Of a DNA stretch of 64,000 nucleotides, positions 44,033 through 56,010 are shown one piece after another; within the stretch, counting starts at the first letter, position 1, and the number at the start of each line of letters is the position of its first letter. The notes beneath the pieces are model-generated. The model was not told the DNA's origin, made no database searches, and saw only the letters and a program-made list of their open reading frames with translations. The stretch is taken from positions 1,433,352 through 1,497,351 of the forward strand of contig OZ251241.1 of the NCBI GenBank assembly GCA_965240325.2. The letters are read 5' to 3'. The position numbers and the translations under genes were made by a program. The DNA comes from Rebecca billardiae RCC1528 (taxonomy: Eukaryota; Protista; Haptophyta).

Positions 44033-46948
44033 ATGGTGCTGCAGCACGAGCTGCTCCTCGCGCTCGCGGGCCACGCGGGCGGCGAGATCTTCGTCGACCG
44101 CGACGGTACCTTCCGCCTCGCGCCCGACCTCCCGCTCCTCGACCCCGCCGAGCGGCAGCTCGTCGAGTCGCTCGCGCCGCTCGGCCGGCTGTACCGCGAC
44201 GTGGCGCGCTTCGTGGAGCGGCAGCTGAGCTGCGCCCTCGGCGGCGGCGAGGGCGGGCTGTACGTGCGCGCGATGTGCCGCGGCATCGACGCCGAGCTCG
44301 ACGCGTACCGCCACGCCCTCGTCCTCCTCGAGCAGCGCGCGAAGAGCGCGCCGGCGGCGGCGCCGCCGCCGCCGCCGCCGGCCGTGGGCGAGACCGAGCC
44401 GGACGAGGGGCGCGCGCGCACGGGGCTGAGCATCGTGCGCATGCAGCACGAGCTCGCCGAGTACCGCGAGGTCCTCCCCGAGCTGCACCGCCTCGTCGAG
44501 ACCGTCGAGGACGAGGGGCTGCGCGGCGCGCGCCTCCTTGAGCACGTGCACGCGTGCGCTGGCGCGCGCGCGGTCTCGCCCGCCGCGTCGAGCCTGCGCC
44601 GCGTGCTTCGGCACTGCAACGCGGCGCTGGTGCACCAGATGCGCGGCTGGATGATCCACGGCGTGCGCCTCGACCCGCACGCCGAGTTCTTCGTCCAGCC
44701 CGCCGCCGCCATCGCCGCGGCCGTCTCCCGCGCGTCCGTGGCCGCCGCGGCCGCGGACGAACAGCCGCGCACGCCGCGCACGCCGCTCGACGACGACGAG
44801 GGCGGCGTCGTCGGCGGTGGCTGGGCGACGCCCGGGGGCGCGCACGACCACCTCTTCGACGCGCTCGACGAGCTGGACACGCCTGGCGGCGCGGGCGCGC
44901 ACGGCGGCGGCGGCGACGGCGGCGGCGGCGGCGCGGGCGGCGGGGGCGGCGGCGGCGGCGGCGGCTTCCACGCGGCCGCGGCGGAGCTGGGCGCGCGCTC
45001 GGCCGCGGTCGCGCGGGAGTGGGCGAGCGCCGGCGTGTCGCTCGTCGACAAGCCGGCGTACGTGCCGCTGCGCCTCGCCGAGCGCGTGCTCTTCGTCGGC
45101 AAGGCGGCGCGAGTCCTGGAGCACCGGACTTATGCAGAGCTGACGCGCGCCGCGGACGCGCCGGCGGACGCGGGCGCGGCGGAGGCGGCGGCGGCGGCGA
45201 GTGCGAGTGTGCGCGCGCTCGACGCGCGGCTGGGCGCGCTGCAGTGGGCGCCCGCCGGCTTCGACGCGCTCGCCCTCGGCGCCGTCGTCGACGACCTGCG
45301 CGCGCACGTGGCCGCGCGCCTGCACTCTTACGTCGTCCAAGACTCGGCGCTCGCAGCGTCGCTGGAGGCGTTGCGCGGGCTGGCGCTGCTCGGGCGTGGC
45401 GACTTGTGGCACGCGGTGGTGCAGGCGGGCTCGGGGGTGCTCGGCGCGCCGCGCGAGCCCAGCGCCGACGCGCTCAGCGCGCTGCTCCACGCAGCGGTGC
45501 ACGCGGCCGCGGCGCAGCTGCCGCCCGCCGCCGAGGCGCCGGCGGCGCGCGCCGCCGACGGCGCGCACGCGCCGCCCGGCTCGGCGGCGCGCGAGCACGC
45601 CATCCTTCGGCTGATGTCGGCGCGGTTCGCGCTGCGGCTCGAGCCCGCCGCGCGCCCGGCCGGCCGCGGCGGGCACGCCGCGCACGCCGGCCTCGCGCTC
45701 GAGCGCTGGCGGCGCGTGCGGCTCGCGTGGCGCGCGCAGTGGCCGGCAGTCCTGGTGCTCCCGGACTCTGCGCTGCAGCGGTACAACCAGGTCTTCTCGT
45801 TCCTGCTCACCGTGCGCGTGACGCAGATGCGGCTGCAGGTGTGCGCTCTTACCCTACCCCCTCAACCCTCACCCCGCGCGTGCCCACAGCCCGCGTGCAC
45901 TCCCGCGCCCCGGCGCCCCGCACGCGCGCGCGGCGCGGCGCGGCGCGTGCGCGCCGCGCTGACTCCGCCGCCGCTCCTGTCTTGGGCCTCCCCTCGCGCC
46001 CGCCCCTTCTCCCCCCTCTCTCTCGTACGCTCCTCGCCCGCTCGCCCGCGCGCCGCGCAGGGCGCGTGGCTGTCACCGCAGACCTACAGCCGCGCCTCGC
46101 GCGCGCACGTGCACGCGGCCGTGGCCGAGCGCGCGCTGCGCCCGTTGCGCGCGCTGCGCGCCCAGATGGCGTTCCTCGTGGAAAACCTGCAGTTCTACCT
46201 GCACGCGGACGTGCTCGAGGCGCAGTGGCGCGCGCTGCAGGAGCGGATGGAGGTGCGCGCCGCGCAGCCCGCTCCCATCCACGCGCGCTGTGGCCGTTTC
46301 TGTCTTCGCTTGGAATATGCTTGCTGCGTGTTTCTTCGCCTTTCTGATTTACTCTTGCTCCGAATTGTGTTGACTGCTGCCGCCCCGTCATGATGCATGA
46401 GCTGTGCGCTGCAGTCCGCGCGCGGCGGCGCTTGGGCGTGCGCCGCGCCTCTCACGCGCCGCCGTGCACGCGCGCGCCCGCCGGCCGGCGGCGGCGCTGC
46501 GCCGCGGCAGGCCAGCTCCGACTTCGAGCAGGTGGCGCGCGCACACGACGCCTATCTCTCGGCACTCTCGCTGCAGACGTTCCGACACGTGCCCGCCGTG
46601 TGCGACGCGCTCGACGAGATCCTGGACGCGTGCGACGCGCTGTGCGCGCTGGCGGAGGGCGCGCTCGATCGCGTCGCGGCGGCGGCGGTGCGCGCGCGCG
46701 TCGCACCCGCCGCCTCCGCCTCGGCCGCGTCCGCGCCGCCGCCGGCGCGACCGTACGACCCTGCGGAGCTCTCCGCTCTCTCGAGCCGCTTTGCCGAGCG
46801 CGCGGCGTTCCTCCTCGGCTTCCTCCGCTCGGTCTCGAGCGCGTCGCCCGGTGCCGCGCCGCACCTCGCGCAGCTGCTGCTTCGGGTCGATTTCAACGGC
46901 TTCTTCTCCGCGGCGAGCGCTGCCGCCGCCGCGGGCGCGGGCGCGTGA
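44033..46948 (+). CDS. GCP4: Gamma-tubulin complex component 4
   Basis: HELLLALAG, AERVLFVGK, LLGRGDL, WP..YNQVFSFLL, MAFLVENLQFYL..DVLEAQ, DFEQVARAHD, HLAQLLLRVDFN; exons 44033-45838, 46061-46252, 46511-46948. Confidence 0.92.
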
Positions 46949-47439
46949 GCCGCACGGGGCGTCGCCGCCGGGCTCGGGCCCGTCGGCTGGAAGTCGAGCG
47001 GGCCACCACGGCGCACGGCGCACGGCGTTGGCGCGACCTTGTGGCGCCCGCTGCCGCAGGCCGCTCATCCGTCTCCCCGAGAGCTATCGGCAATCCGTGA
47101 GGCGTGAGCGTGTCCGGCGGCCGCCCGGGCTGAGCGGCGACCTTGTCGGCGGAGGAGCTGCGACTCTAGATCTACAGGCCTGATGAGCGAATAATTATCG
47201 GATGAGCTTGATTACCCAGGCACATGAGATTTAAAATTAGATACCGCCCACCTTGGCCATGCAAGACGGTTATGAACACTTGTCGCGAGCGTAACGACGT
47301 ACTAGTAAAGTAGTAATGCTTGCCCACGGCCATTGAGACGAATAATACGTGGTTGATGCAAGCCGCAAGTTTTGGCGCGGCGCGAGCTGTTAGGGGCATG
47401 GGCCCCCGTCGGCTGCGCTGGTGATCAGCTGGGGTGGCG

Positions 47440-50400
47440 ATGGCCTTCGCCGCGCTCCTGCCGGCGGCGGCGCTGGGCCGGCTCGCGCTGGCGGCGGGCG
47501 GGGTGCTTGACGCGCCGCGCTTCGCCTTCTCCCCCGCCGGCGCGCCGCCCGTCACCGGACCGCTCGTGCTCACCGAGCGCGCGGACTGGGCGGACGGCGC
47601 GTGCCCGCCGCGGCTCGCGACCGCTGCGGACGCAGCGCGGCTGCGCGGCGCGATCGTCGTGCACGTCGACGCGCCGTTCGTCGCGTGCAGCCCCGAGCAG
47701 CACGCCCGCGCCGCCGCGGCGTACGGCGCGTCGGGCTGGCTCCTCTTCGCCGAGGAGTTCAGCCGGTTCGACGCGACGCCAGGCTTTGCCGCCGGCTTGC
47801 ACGTGAGCGGCGACACGCGCGCGTTCGGCGGCGGCGTGGTCGCGGCGGACATCACGTCGGGCGCGGCGTCGGCGCTGGTGCGGCAGCTCCGCGCCGGCGG
47901 CGCGCCGCACGCCACGCTGCACCCCTCCGCCTCCGCCTTCGACGCGCTCTATGGCAGTTGGCCGGTGCTGCTGCTACTTGCGTTACTCACGCTTGAGGCG
48001 GCGCACGCGGCTGAGGTCGCGATCTCGCGGCTGCACGCGTTCCTGCGCGCGGACGGGCGGCTGCGGCTGACGATCCCGCAGCTCATGCTCGCGCTCGAGC
48101 TCTGCGTCGGCCTCTCGCGCCTCGTGCGCATGGGCACCGACCCACTTTTTCTCTGGCCGGGCCGGCTGGGCGTACACCCGGCGGTTGCGCTCGCGTCGAG
48201 CGAGCTCGCGCTCACGTCGGTGTCGACGGTGCTGAGCCTGGTGTACTTCGTGGAGGCGGCGGACGTGGCGGGCCTCGCCTCGTTCCGCATCACCTCCGCC
48301 GCCAACCGCCGCCTCATCCTCGCCGCGCTCGTCGGCACGCCGCTCATCGACTCCGCCCTCGCCGGCCTGTTCGCGCGGCACTCGGCAACGCTCGCGGCTT
48401 TTGTCGGGCGGACGGTGTTCGCGTTCGGCGTGGTGCCGTGGGGCGTGCTCGCGTTCGCGGCGCACGCGCACCGCAAGGTGGGCGCGAGCATGCGCCGCGC
48501 CTCCGCCCCGCCGCGCGTCGTCGCCCGCCTCAGCGCCGTCACCGTCCGCCTCCTAGCCATGTCCGCGTTGCTCGCGCTTGTTGCGTCGGGTTGGCCGCCA
48601 TCGCTGTTCGCACCGTGGCGCCGGCTCGTGGCGCACGCGGCGCTGGTCGCGGTGTGCACGGCGGCGTCGATGCTCAAGCTGCACCTCTTCCGGCCCGTCG
48701 GCGTCGCCATCGTCCCCGGCCCGCTCGAGCGCGCGCACGCGCTCCTCGCCGCCGCGTGCGCGCGCGCGCTCTCGCGCAGCCGCGGGGCATCGGCTGTCGT
48801 CCCGGCGGACGCGGACGGCGAGGACGACGAGAGCGCGCACGCGCGCGAGCTGGGGCTGGCGGAGGGCGCGGCGCTCGAGCTGCAGCGGCGCGAGCGTTTC
48901 TCCTCGCCCGAGCTCGGCCGCACGCGCTTCGAAGCCTTCATCGGCGGCGGCGGCGGCGACAGCGGCGGCGCAGCAGCTGAGGGTGCAGGCGGAGCGCCAT
49001 GGCAGTTAGTTCGATCGCGCTCGCTGCAGCCCAGCCCGCCCGGCTCGCCCGAGGGGTCGGCGTCGCGCGCGCAGCTGTGGCGGCAGCTGCTCTCGCCGGG
49101 CGGCGTGCGCAAGCTCGTGCGCACGCCGCCGCCCCAGCCGCCGCCGCCCGAGCAGCGACGCGCCACCTGGGTCACGCGCCGGCTCGGAAGCACCGGCGGC
49201 GCACGGCGCGGCTCGTCGGCGCAAGGGGGTTTCGTCAGCTCGCCGACGCTGGAGCGGCTGCGCGGCGGCGCGCTGGGTCGGTCTCGGCAGCAGAGCGGCC
49301 AGCTGGGCGGCTCGCCGCGCTCGAGGCGCGCAAGCGGCCCGCTCGCCGCGCGGCGGCTCAGCGGGCCGCTCGCGAGCGCGGCGGCGGCGGTGGCGGCGGC
49401 TGCGACGGACGGCGGCGGCAGTGTCGGTGGCACGCCACAGCGCCGGCCGCGCGGGCGCTCGTCGCTCGGCACCACCACGAGCAGCGGCAGCGGCTTCGGG
49501 CTTGTTGGCAACGGCGGCGGCAGTGGCTCGACCAGCCGTGGCAGCGCGAGCCGCCGGTGCACGCCGCTGCCGCCCGGCCGCTTCGGACCGACGCTCGCCG
49601 CCGGGGCGGAGGGCCCCGCGGACCGGCCGCGCCGCGGCGTCTCCGAGGATCTCGCGCGCCGAGATCCGATCTCGCCGGCGCGAGATCCGATCTCGCCGGC
49701 GCGAGAGGCGATCTCGCCGGCGGCGCGAGCGATGGTCCCGCCGGCGGCGCGAGCCACGACCTCGGTGGCGGCTGGCCCCGGCTCGCCGCTCGGCGGCTCG
49801 GCGGCTCGGGGGACGGCGCTGCACGCGCGCGGCGGCGGTGGCGGCTCGCCGCTCAACCCGCGCCGCGCGGGCAACTCGCCGCTCAACCCGCGCCTCTTCC
49901 GCGCGGCGAGCGCCACGGCAGAAGGCGGCGGCGGCGGCAGCATGGCCGCCGCGGCGGCGTGCGAGGGCGCGCCGCCCCGCGGCCCGGCGCCCGACGAAGG
50001 CGGCGGCGGCGGCGGCGGCGGCGATCGGCTCGCAGGTGTGGAGATGCTGAGACGGCACGCGTCGGCCGGGCAGGCGGGCGCGGCTCCGCGCCCGGCCGCA
50101 GCGGCGCGCGTGCCCGCGTGCGCGCTCACTCGCCCCTCGCTCAGCGGCGGGCACGTTCCCTCGGCCGTGCTGCTCGCTCGCGCGGAGGTGGCGTCGGCGG
50201 AGCCGGGCGCGGCGGCGGAGCCGACACCGCCGCTGTGTGCAGGCTCGCCAGCGGCGGCGGGCGCGGCGGCGCGCCGCGTTCCGCGCGCGGGCCCCGCACG
50301 GCACAGCGGCGAAAGTGCCGGAAGTGCCGGCAGCGCCGCTCGCCACACGCGCGGCAGCGGCAGCCCGGGCGGCGCGTGCCTCGCGCGGCCGGGCGGCGGC

Positions 50401-51780
50401 TGCGCGACGCGCGGCGCGCCGCGGCTGAGCACGAGCTCGCTCTCAAGCTACGGCGAGAGCTACGGCAGCGCTGGCTCCATGAGTACTAGCGGAGCAAGCG
50501 GCGGCTCTCTCGGCGCCGCCGGCTCGGGCGCGAGGTCCGGCGGCGCGTCGCGGCACGGCGCGGCTGCGGGCGGCGGTGGCGGCGGCGGCTCGGGTCGCGA
50601 CTCGGCGCTGACGGTGCCGGGCGCCGAGCGCGCGCCGCGCCGGAGCCACGTGGGCGGGCTGCCCGAGCACCTCACGCTCGGAGTCTCCCTAGCGTACCTC
50701 CGCGAGTTTTCGGCGGAGCACGGGCTTGGCGCCGGTGACCCGACTTATCGTGTGGGCGAGATCGTGAGCGCGCGCACGCGCGAGTCGGGGCTGTCGATGT
50801 GCGAGCTGCTGCGCGCCTCGGCGCTGTGCACCGCGGACGGCCGGCCGGCGGTGCGCGCCGCGGGGCTCTTCGTAAGCCACGCACAGGCGTGCTCCTTCCT
50901 AGGCCTTCTTGACGCGCTCGCGCAACACATGGAGCTGCACACACTGCCGCCCGAGCGCACTTACGTCTGGATAGAGTGCGCGCCAGCAGCGCGCCGCCGC
51001 GCACCGCACCGCGCCGCCGCCGCGCGCGCACCGCACCGTGGCGTGCCGCACCGCACCGTGCCGCACCGCACCGCACCGCACCGCACCGCCGCGGGACGCG
51101 CCGCGAGCCCGACGCGCGTGCGCCCAGCACCGACCGCGCCCCCAAATACCCAGCCCTAACCCAAACCCCAACCCTCAACCCCAACCCTCAACCCGCCCCC
51201 GTACGCGCGGCACGCACGGCGCTCCCCACGCGAACCTCGCCCCCTGTCGCCCGAACCCGACCCCTCCGCCTGACGACGACACACACCAGTGTCTTCTGCA
51301 TCCGACAGCACCGCGTCGATTTTGACGTGCTGCACATTGGAGCGATCGTGCGTCACGTGGCACGCACGGTCGCGATCCTGGAGCCGTGGGACCGGCCGGC
51401 GTGTCTGACGCGCGTGTGGTGCCTGTTCGAGATCATGCACGCGCACCTGGCGCACGCGGAGGGCGGCGCGGCGGCGGGGCAGCCGCAGGCGCAGGGCGGC
51501 GCGCTCGCGGCGGCGGACCGCGGCGGGCGCGGCTCAGACGAGCGCAGCCTGCGCGCCTCGACCGAGCGAAGCGGCCGCACGTCGGAGGAGCACTGCTCGG
51601 GGCGCGCCGCCGCCTCCGAGCCGCACACCCGCGCGACCGAGCTCGCACGCAGCCCGTCGGCCAGCGGCGGCGCAGAGGCCGGGCTCCTCGCCGACGTGGA
51701 GGGCGGCGGCGGCGGCGCGTGCGCGGTCGGTTCGAGCTTCCGCACGCTGCGCGTGAGCGCGAGCTACGCAGACTTCGGCA

Positions 51781-51812
<32 letters not shown>

Positions 51813-52607
51813 CAGCCATCGCCGCCGCGCGGCGCGGCGCGCGGCGCGGCGGCGAGCTTCTCACTCGCCCTCTCGAGCGCGCAGCGCGAGGCGTTCCTGC
51901 GCGCGCTCGACTCCGACCGCGAGACGGTCGTGCGCACGCTCACATCTTTTGACGCGCGGCACGCGGAGGCGTCCCTCGACGACGACCGCACGCGCATCCT
52001 CGAGCTCATCATCTCGCGGTTTGCGCCGAGCGGGCTGAGCGCGGCGCAGCTGCGCGCGCGCGGCGCCGAGCGCGAGCCCGCCGACGCCGACGCCGCGCTC
52101 GACGCCTTCAACTCGACGGTGCAGGCGGCGATCCAGGCGGCGGTCGCGGGCATGTCGTGGGGCAACCTCGTGTCGTGCGGCGCGGCGGCCGAGCGCGGCG
52201 GCGCGGCGTCGTCGTCGCCGGACGCCGGGCGGCACGGGCGCTCCTTCCGCTTCGGCGCGCTGGGCTGCCGACTCTTCCAGACCTCCTCCGCCTCGCGCCT
52301 CGACGACAGCGGCAGCGCCGCGGCGCGGCGGCGCGAGCGCAGCGGCGGCTCCGCGCGCGAGCGCAAGCGCAGCGTGGCGTGCGACGCGCCGCTCCCGATC
52401 GGCCGCAGCGCGAGCGCGTTCGTGCCCGCGCTCCGCCGCAGCCTCTCGGTGCGGAGGCCGAGCGTCGCGTCCGCCGCCGGCCCGATCAACGCCGCCGGCA
52501 GGCTCGCCGCGGCGGTGCGGCACGGCAGCCAGCGGGAGGCCGAGGCGGCGCGGCGGCGCACCGCGCCACCCGAGAGCGGCGGCGCGGAGCGGCACACGCG
52601 GAGCTCA

Positions 52608-52646
<39 letters not shown>

Positions 52647-52931
52647 AACGATGATGACGATGAGCACGTTGTCGCGGTCGTCGTGCCCGCACGGCGCAGC
52701 GGCTCGCCGCCGCTGGCGCAGCGGCAGCCAAGCAGCACTGCGGTGCGCACAGCCGGCGGAGGCGCTGCCGCGGCGCCACCAGCGGCGTCGTCCTCCGCGA
52801 CTGACGGCGCCACCGAGCGGCGGCGACATCCCGAGCAGCAAGGCGGAGACTCTGCTGACGCAGCTGACGGGCAGCAGCAGGCCCCAGCCTGCACGACGGC
52901 GCAGCAGCCGCGCGCAGAGTATCACGCCTGA
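47440..52931 (+). CDS. Signal peptide-PA domain-7TM-long disordered linker-HET/TIR-like domain receptor (paralogue B)
   Basis: PA-like RGAIVV..CSPEQHARAAAAYGASGWLLF; seven hydrophobic segments. Removing intron 50976-51289 gives LFVSHAQACSF..YVWIDVFCIRQH..TVAILEPWDRPACLTRVWCLFEI. Clearly colinear with 19541-22492. Confidence 0.85.
51153..51195. repeat. Degenerate interstitial telomere-like (CCCTAA)n repeats in an intron
   Basis: ccctaa cccaaa ccccaa ccctca accccaa ccctca a. Confidence 0.7.
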
Positions 52932-53371
52932 CGATATATGCTGACGATACGATGATGATATGCCGTGATGATCGATGATGATGATGACGACGCGCGCGAG
53001 CAGATGATGCTGTTATCATGCTGCTGTAATTGCTGTATGACGACCGGACGTCGCATGACCGCGCAGATCGTCGTCGTCAGTCCCTGCTGCGCGCTGCGCC
53101 GGATCTGAGGCTGGCGGCATCGCCGCCAGCGCTGAGCGTTCATCAGCATCAGGGTCTACTACTGCTATATACGCGCGACTGCGACAGCAGTAGTCGATAC
53201 GCTACGGTCTAGTATACTTAGCTACTATAGCTAGCTGCTTCTGCTGCTACTGACACTGATGATGACGACGAATGGACGATGACGCCCTTGGCTGGCGCAT
53301 GCAAATTGTGCGTGCGCTGATGCGGCGGCGGCGGCCGTGCGTCCGCGGATCAAACTGATTGGAAATCCAGC

Positions 53372-54373
53372 ATGCCGCCGCTCGGTAGTCCGTCGTCGTC
53401 GTCCGAGGTGACCGCCCCGCTCGTGCGGGCGGCGGCGCCCGAGCCCGCGACGAGCCGTCGACGAACGGCGCGATGGACGGCCCTCGCCACCGTGGTGGCA
53501 TTTGCGACCGGTGTCCTCGCGGGCGCCGCCGCGCTCGCTGTGGTGGTGGTGGGCTGGCCGCCGCCTCTCACGGCCGGCGTGGCGGTCGCAGGCGAGCACG
53601 ACAAGCACAGCCACGGTGACTCGTACGCAGGGGCAGCCATCGTCATGCAGGCGCGCGACTCGAGTAGCGCGCTCGCTGCCGCCGCGGCGCGCGGTGCGGC
53701 CCCGGCGGTGGCGCGCGGGCCCGCGCGCGCGCCGGCACTCGACGCGGTCGCAGGCGGCTCCTTCAGCGCGGCGCGGGCGGAGTCCGGTGATTCCGGCCGG
53801 TACGCCGGCCCGGCGCTCGACGCGATGGACGAGCAGCAGCGCGCGATCTACGACGAGATCGCGCGCTCGCGCCCGCGCACGGGCGTGCGCGGGCCGTTCC
53901 GCCCGTGGCTCGCGAACGCGGCGCTCGCGGACGCAGCGCAGCGGCTCGGCCGCGTGTGCCGGTACGGCACCTCGCTCCCGCCCGGACTCTCCGAGGTCGC
54001 CATCCTCACGTGCGCCGCGCACCACCGCTCGGAGGTCGAGTGGCGGATCCACGAGGGGGAGGCGCGGCTCGCCGGCGTGCACGCCGCGGCGATCGCGCGG
54101 ATCAAGGCGGGCGACGCCGACCCGTTCCACCACCCGTCTGGCAACCGTACCGAGGCGGCGGAGTCCGGTGGCGGAGTCCGGGCGGAGGCCGCCGCGACCG
54201 TGCACGCCTTTGCCGCCGAGCTGCTGCGCGCGTCGCGCGTCTCGGACGGCACGTACGCGCGCGCGGCCGAGCAGGTTGGTGACCGCGGTGTGGTCGAGCT
54301 GATCGCGATCGTGGGGTACTACTCGCTTGTCGCGTACACGCTCAACGCGCTCGAGCTGCAGGACGGCGGCTGA
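53372..54373 (+). CDS. Carboxymuconolactone decarboxylase (CMD/AhpD-like) family protein with N-terminal TM
   Basis: QRAIYDEI..RGPF..WL, QRLG..RY.TSLP..LSEVAIL, EWRIH..EARLAG, VVELIAIVGYY. Confidence 0.85.
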   Translation: MPPLGSPSSSSEVTAPLVRAAAPEPATSRRRTARWTALATVVAFATGVLAGAAALAVVVVGWPPPLTAGVAVAGEHDKHSHGDSYAGAAIVMQARDSSSALAAAAARGAAPAVARGPARAPALDAVAGGSFSAARAESGDSGRYAGPALDAMDEQQRAIYDEIARSRPRTGVRGPFRPWLANAALADAAQRLGRVCRYGTSLPPGLSEVAILTCAAHHRSEVEWRIHEGEARLAGVHAAAIARIKAGDADPFHHPSGNRTEAAESGGGVRAEAAATVHAFAAELLRASRVSDGTYARAAEQVGDRGVVELIAIVGYYSLVAYTLNALELQDGG

Positions 54374-55591
54374 GGGTGAGGCATAGTGTCGAGCCGCCGT
54401 GCGCCGTGCCCGTGTGCCGGTTGGCAGAGTCACCAGCCCGCGGCGCCGTCGCATGCGCGCAGCCTGCGGCCGTGAGTCGTGAGTACTACTGAACCGTCGG
54501 GCGGCCTGCATGTACTGGCGTCGTCGCAGTGAACGGCGCCCCGCCGAAATAACGCGCCGCCCGAGTCTGAGCTTAGTCACTGAGCAGCTGCCAGTAGTCG
54601 AGTAGCTAGACACTCATCCCGCTATCCGCGCCTAGCTATGCTGGCGCTATATATATATATATGCTGAGAAGTGACGAGCGCGCAGCTCACTCTCAGTGAG
54701 TACGGTCGGTCACCCGGCCGCGCGGGCCGTTATGAGCCAGTCAGTGACAGTGTAGCCGAAGTCAGAAGTGCCCGAGTGGGCGGGTCACAGCCGCTGACCG
54801 ACGACCGTTACACTACTCCCGCCGGGTGCCACATCTTATTCCGTCCGAATCATGACGAAATAATCTCTTAGCATGAAGTATCACACGGGTATTTACTTCA
54901 TTTACTTGGACGAACTATAGCAGTTATTAGTAGGCGTTAAGCTACTACTATAAGGCTTATAAATCCAGGCAGTGAATAGAATCCGCCTGTGCCAATTATT
55001 CACTTTTCAGACGCTGATACTCATGCCAAACTGAGTGTGACCTAGCCGCGGTGCGATTCTGCCTGGTGCAAACAGCGCTGAGATCACCTCGGAGATCGTG
55101 ATGATGTATCTCCCCTACCGTAATGTTGCCGAGATCGCGTCACGAGATTGAGGTCGTATATCACTATATATATCTCCAGCTGAATGTGACATTTTTTCGC
55201 AAAACTGACCCCATAGGTCATTTTAGGCGAATATTGACATCCCGAAGTGAAGTTTGAGGGCCTCATCTCAAGACGACAGAAAGTTGGCTTTGGGGCCACA
55301 CAGTACACACCCCACAGTGGGGCTCTGACCCCCGCTACAATCTAATACGCAGCTAATAAGGCCGGCGCGTCACTTACACTGGTAACGCGGCACGGGCGCA
55401 GCGCGAGGAGTGACGACTACTCGGACGATTCGCCATTCGGCGGCGGGGTCGCCGCCGTAAAATACGCTGTACTACGTATACGGGAACTATGGTCCAACTA
55501 TACTACGCGTATAACTACGATTCCAGTACTCAGTCAGTCAGTCGTCGTCATCAGCCGGTCGCGTGAAAGTAACTATAGTAGTAGTATACTC

Positions 55592-55646
55592 ATTCTATGA
55601 TTTAACGACACAGGTAGGACGGCGCAGGTCTCCTGATTCGTCGTCG
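55592..55646. repeat. Diverged third copy of the core of the 97-bp direct repeat
   Basis: attctatgatttaacgacacaggtaggacggcgcaggtctcctgattcgtc aligns with attctatgatttaaagacacaggcacgagggcgcagctctcctgattcgtc. Confidence 0.8.
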
Positions 55647-56010
55647 GCAGTGCCCGATCGTCGACACGAAGTCGGCGTTGGTGGCAGAGCATAGCCTGAA
55701 CCGCGATCGAATGGCTTGAGCGCGGCCTAGTCGGAGGCTGAGCTGCTGTCAGAGCGCGATCCACCTGCGTTGCGCGGCTCGCATGGACCTGCTGTGCCCC
55801 GAGCGAGGGCGAGGGTGCAGGTCCGGATGTCAGACGGCCGTCTCAGCCGCTGGGCCCTGGCGGGTGATCCGGCGGTGATGTAGTCGTCCCCGTGTGCCCT
55901 GCGTGGCCGCGTGCACTGCTACGCCGCCGCGGTTGCAAACGGCGTTATCAACGTTGCACGCCCGGAAAAATGAGAAAGTCCGGAATAGCTGCGACTTGCG
56001 AGTCACCAGG

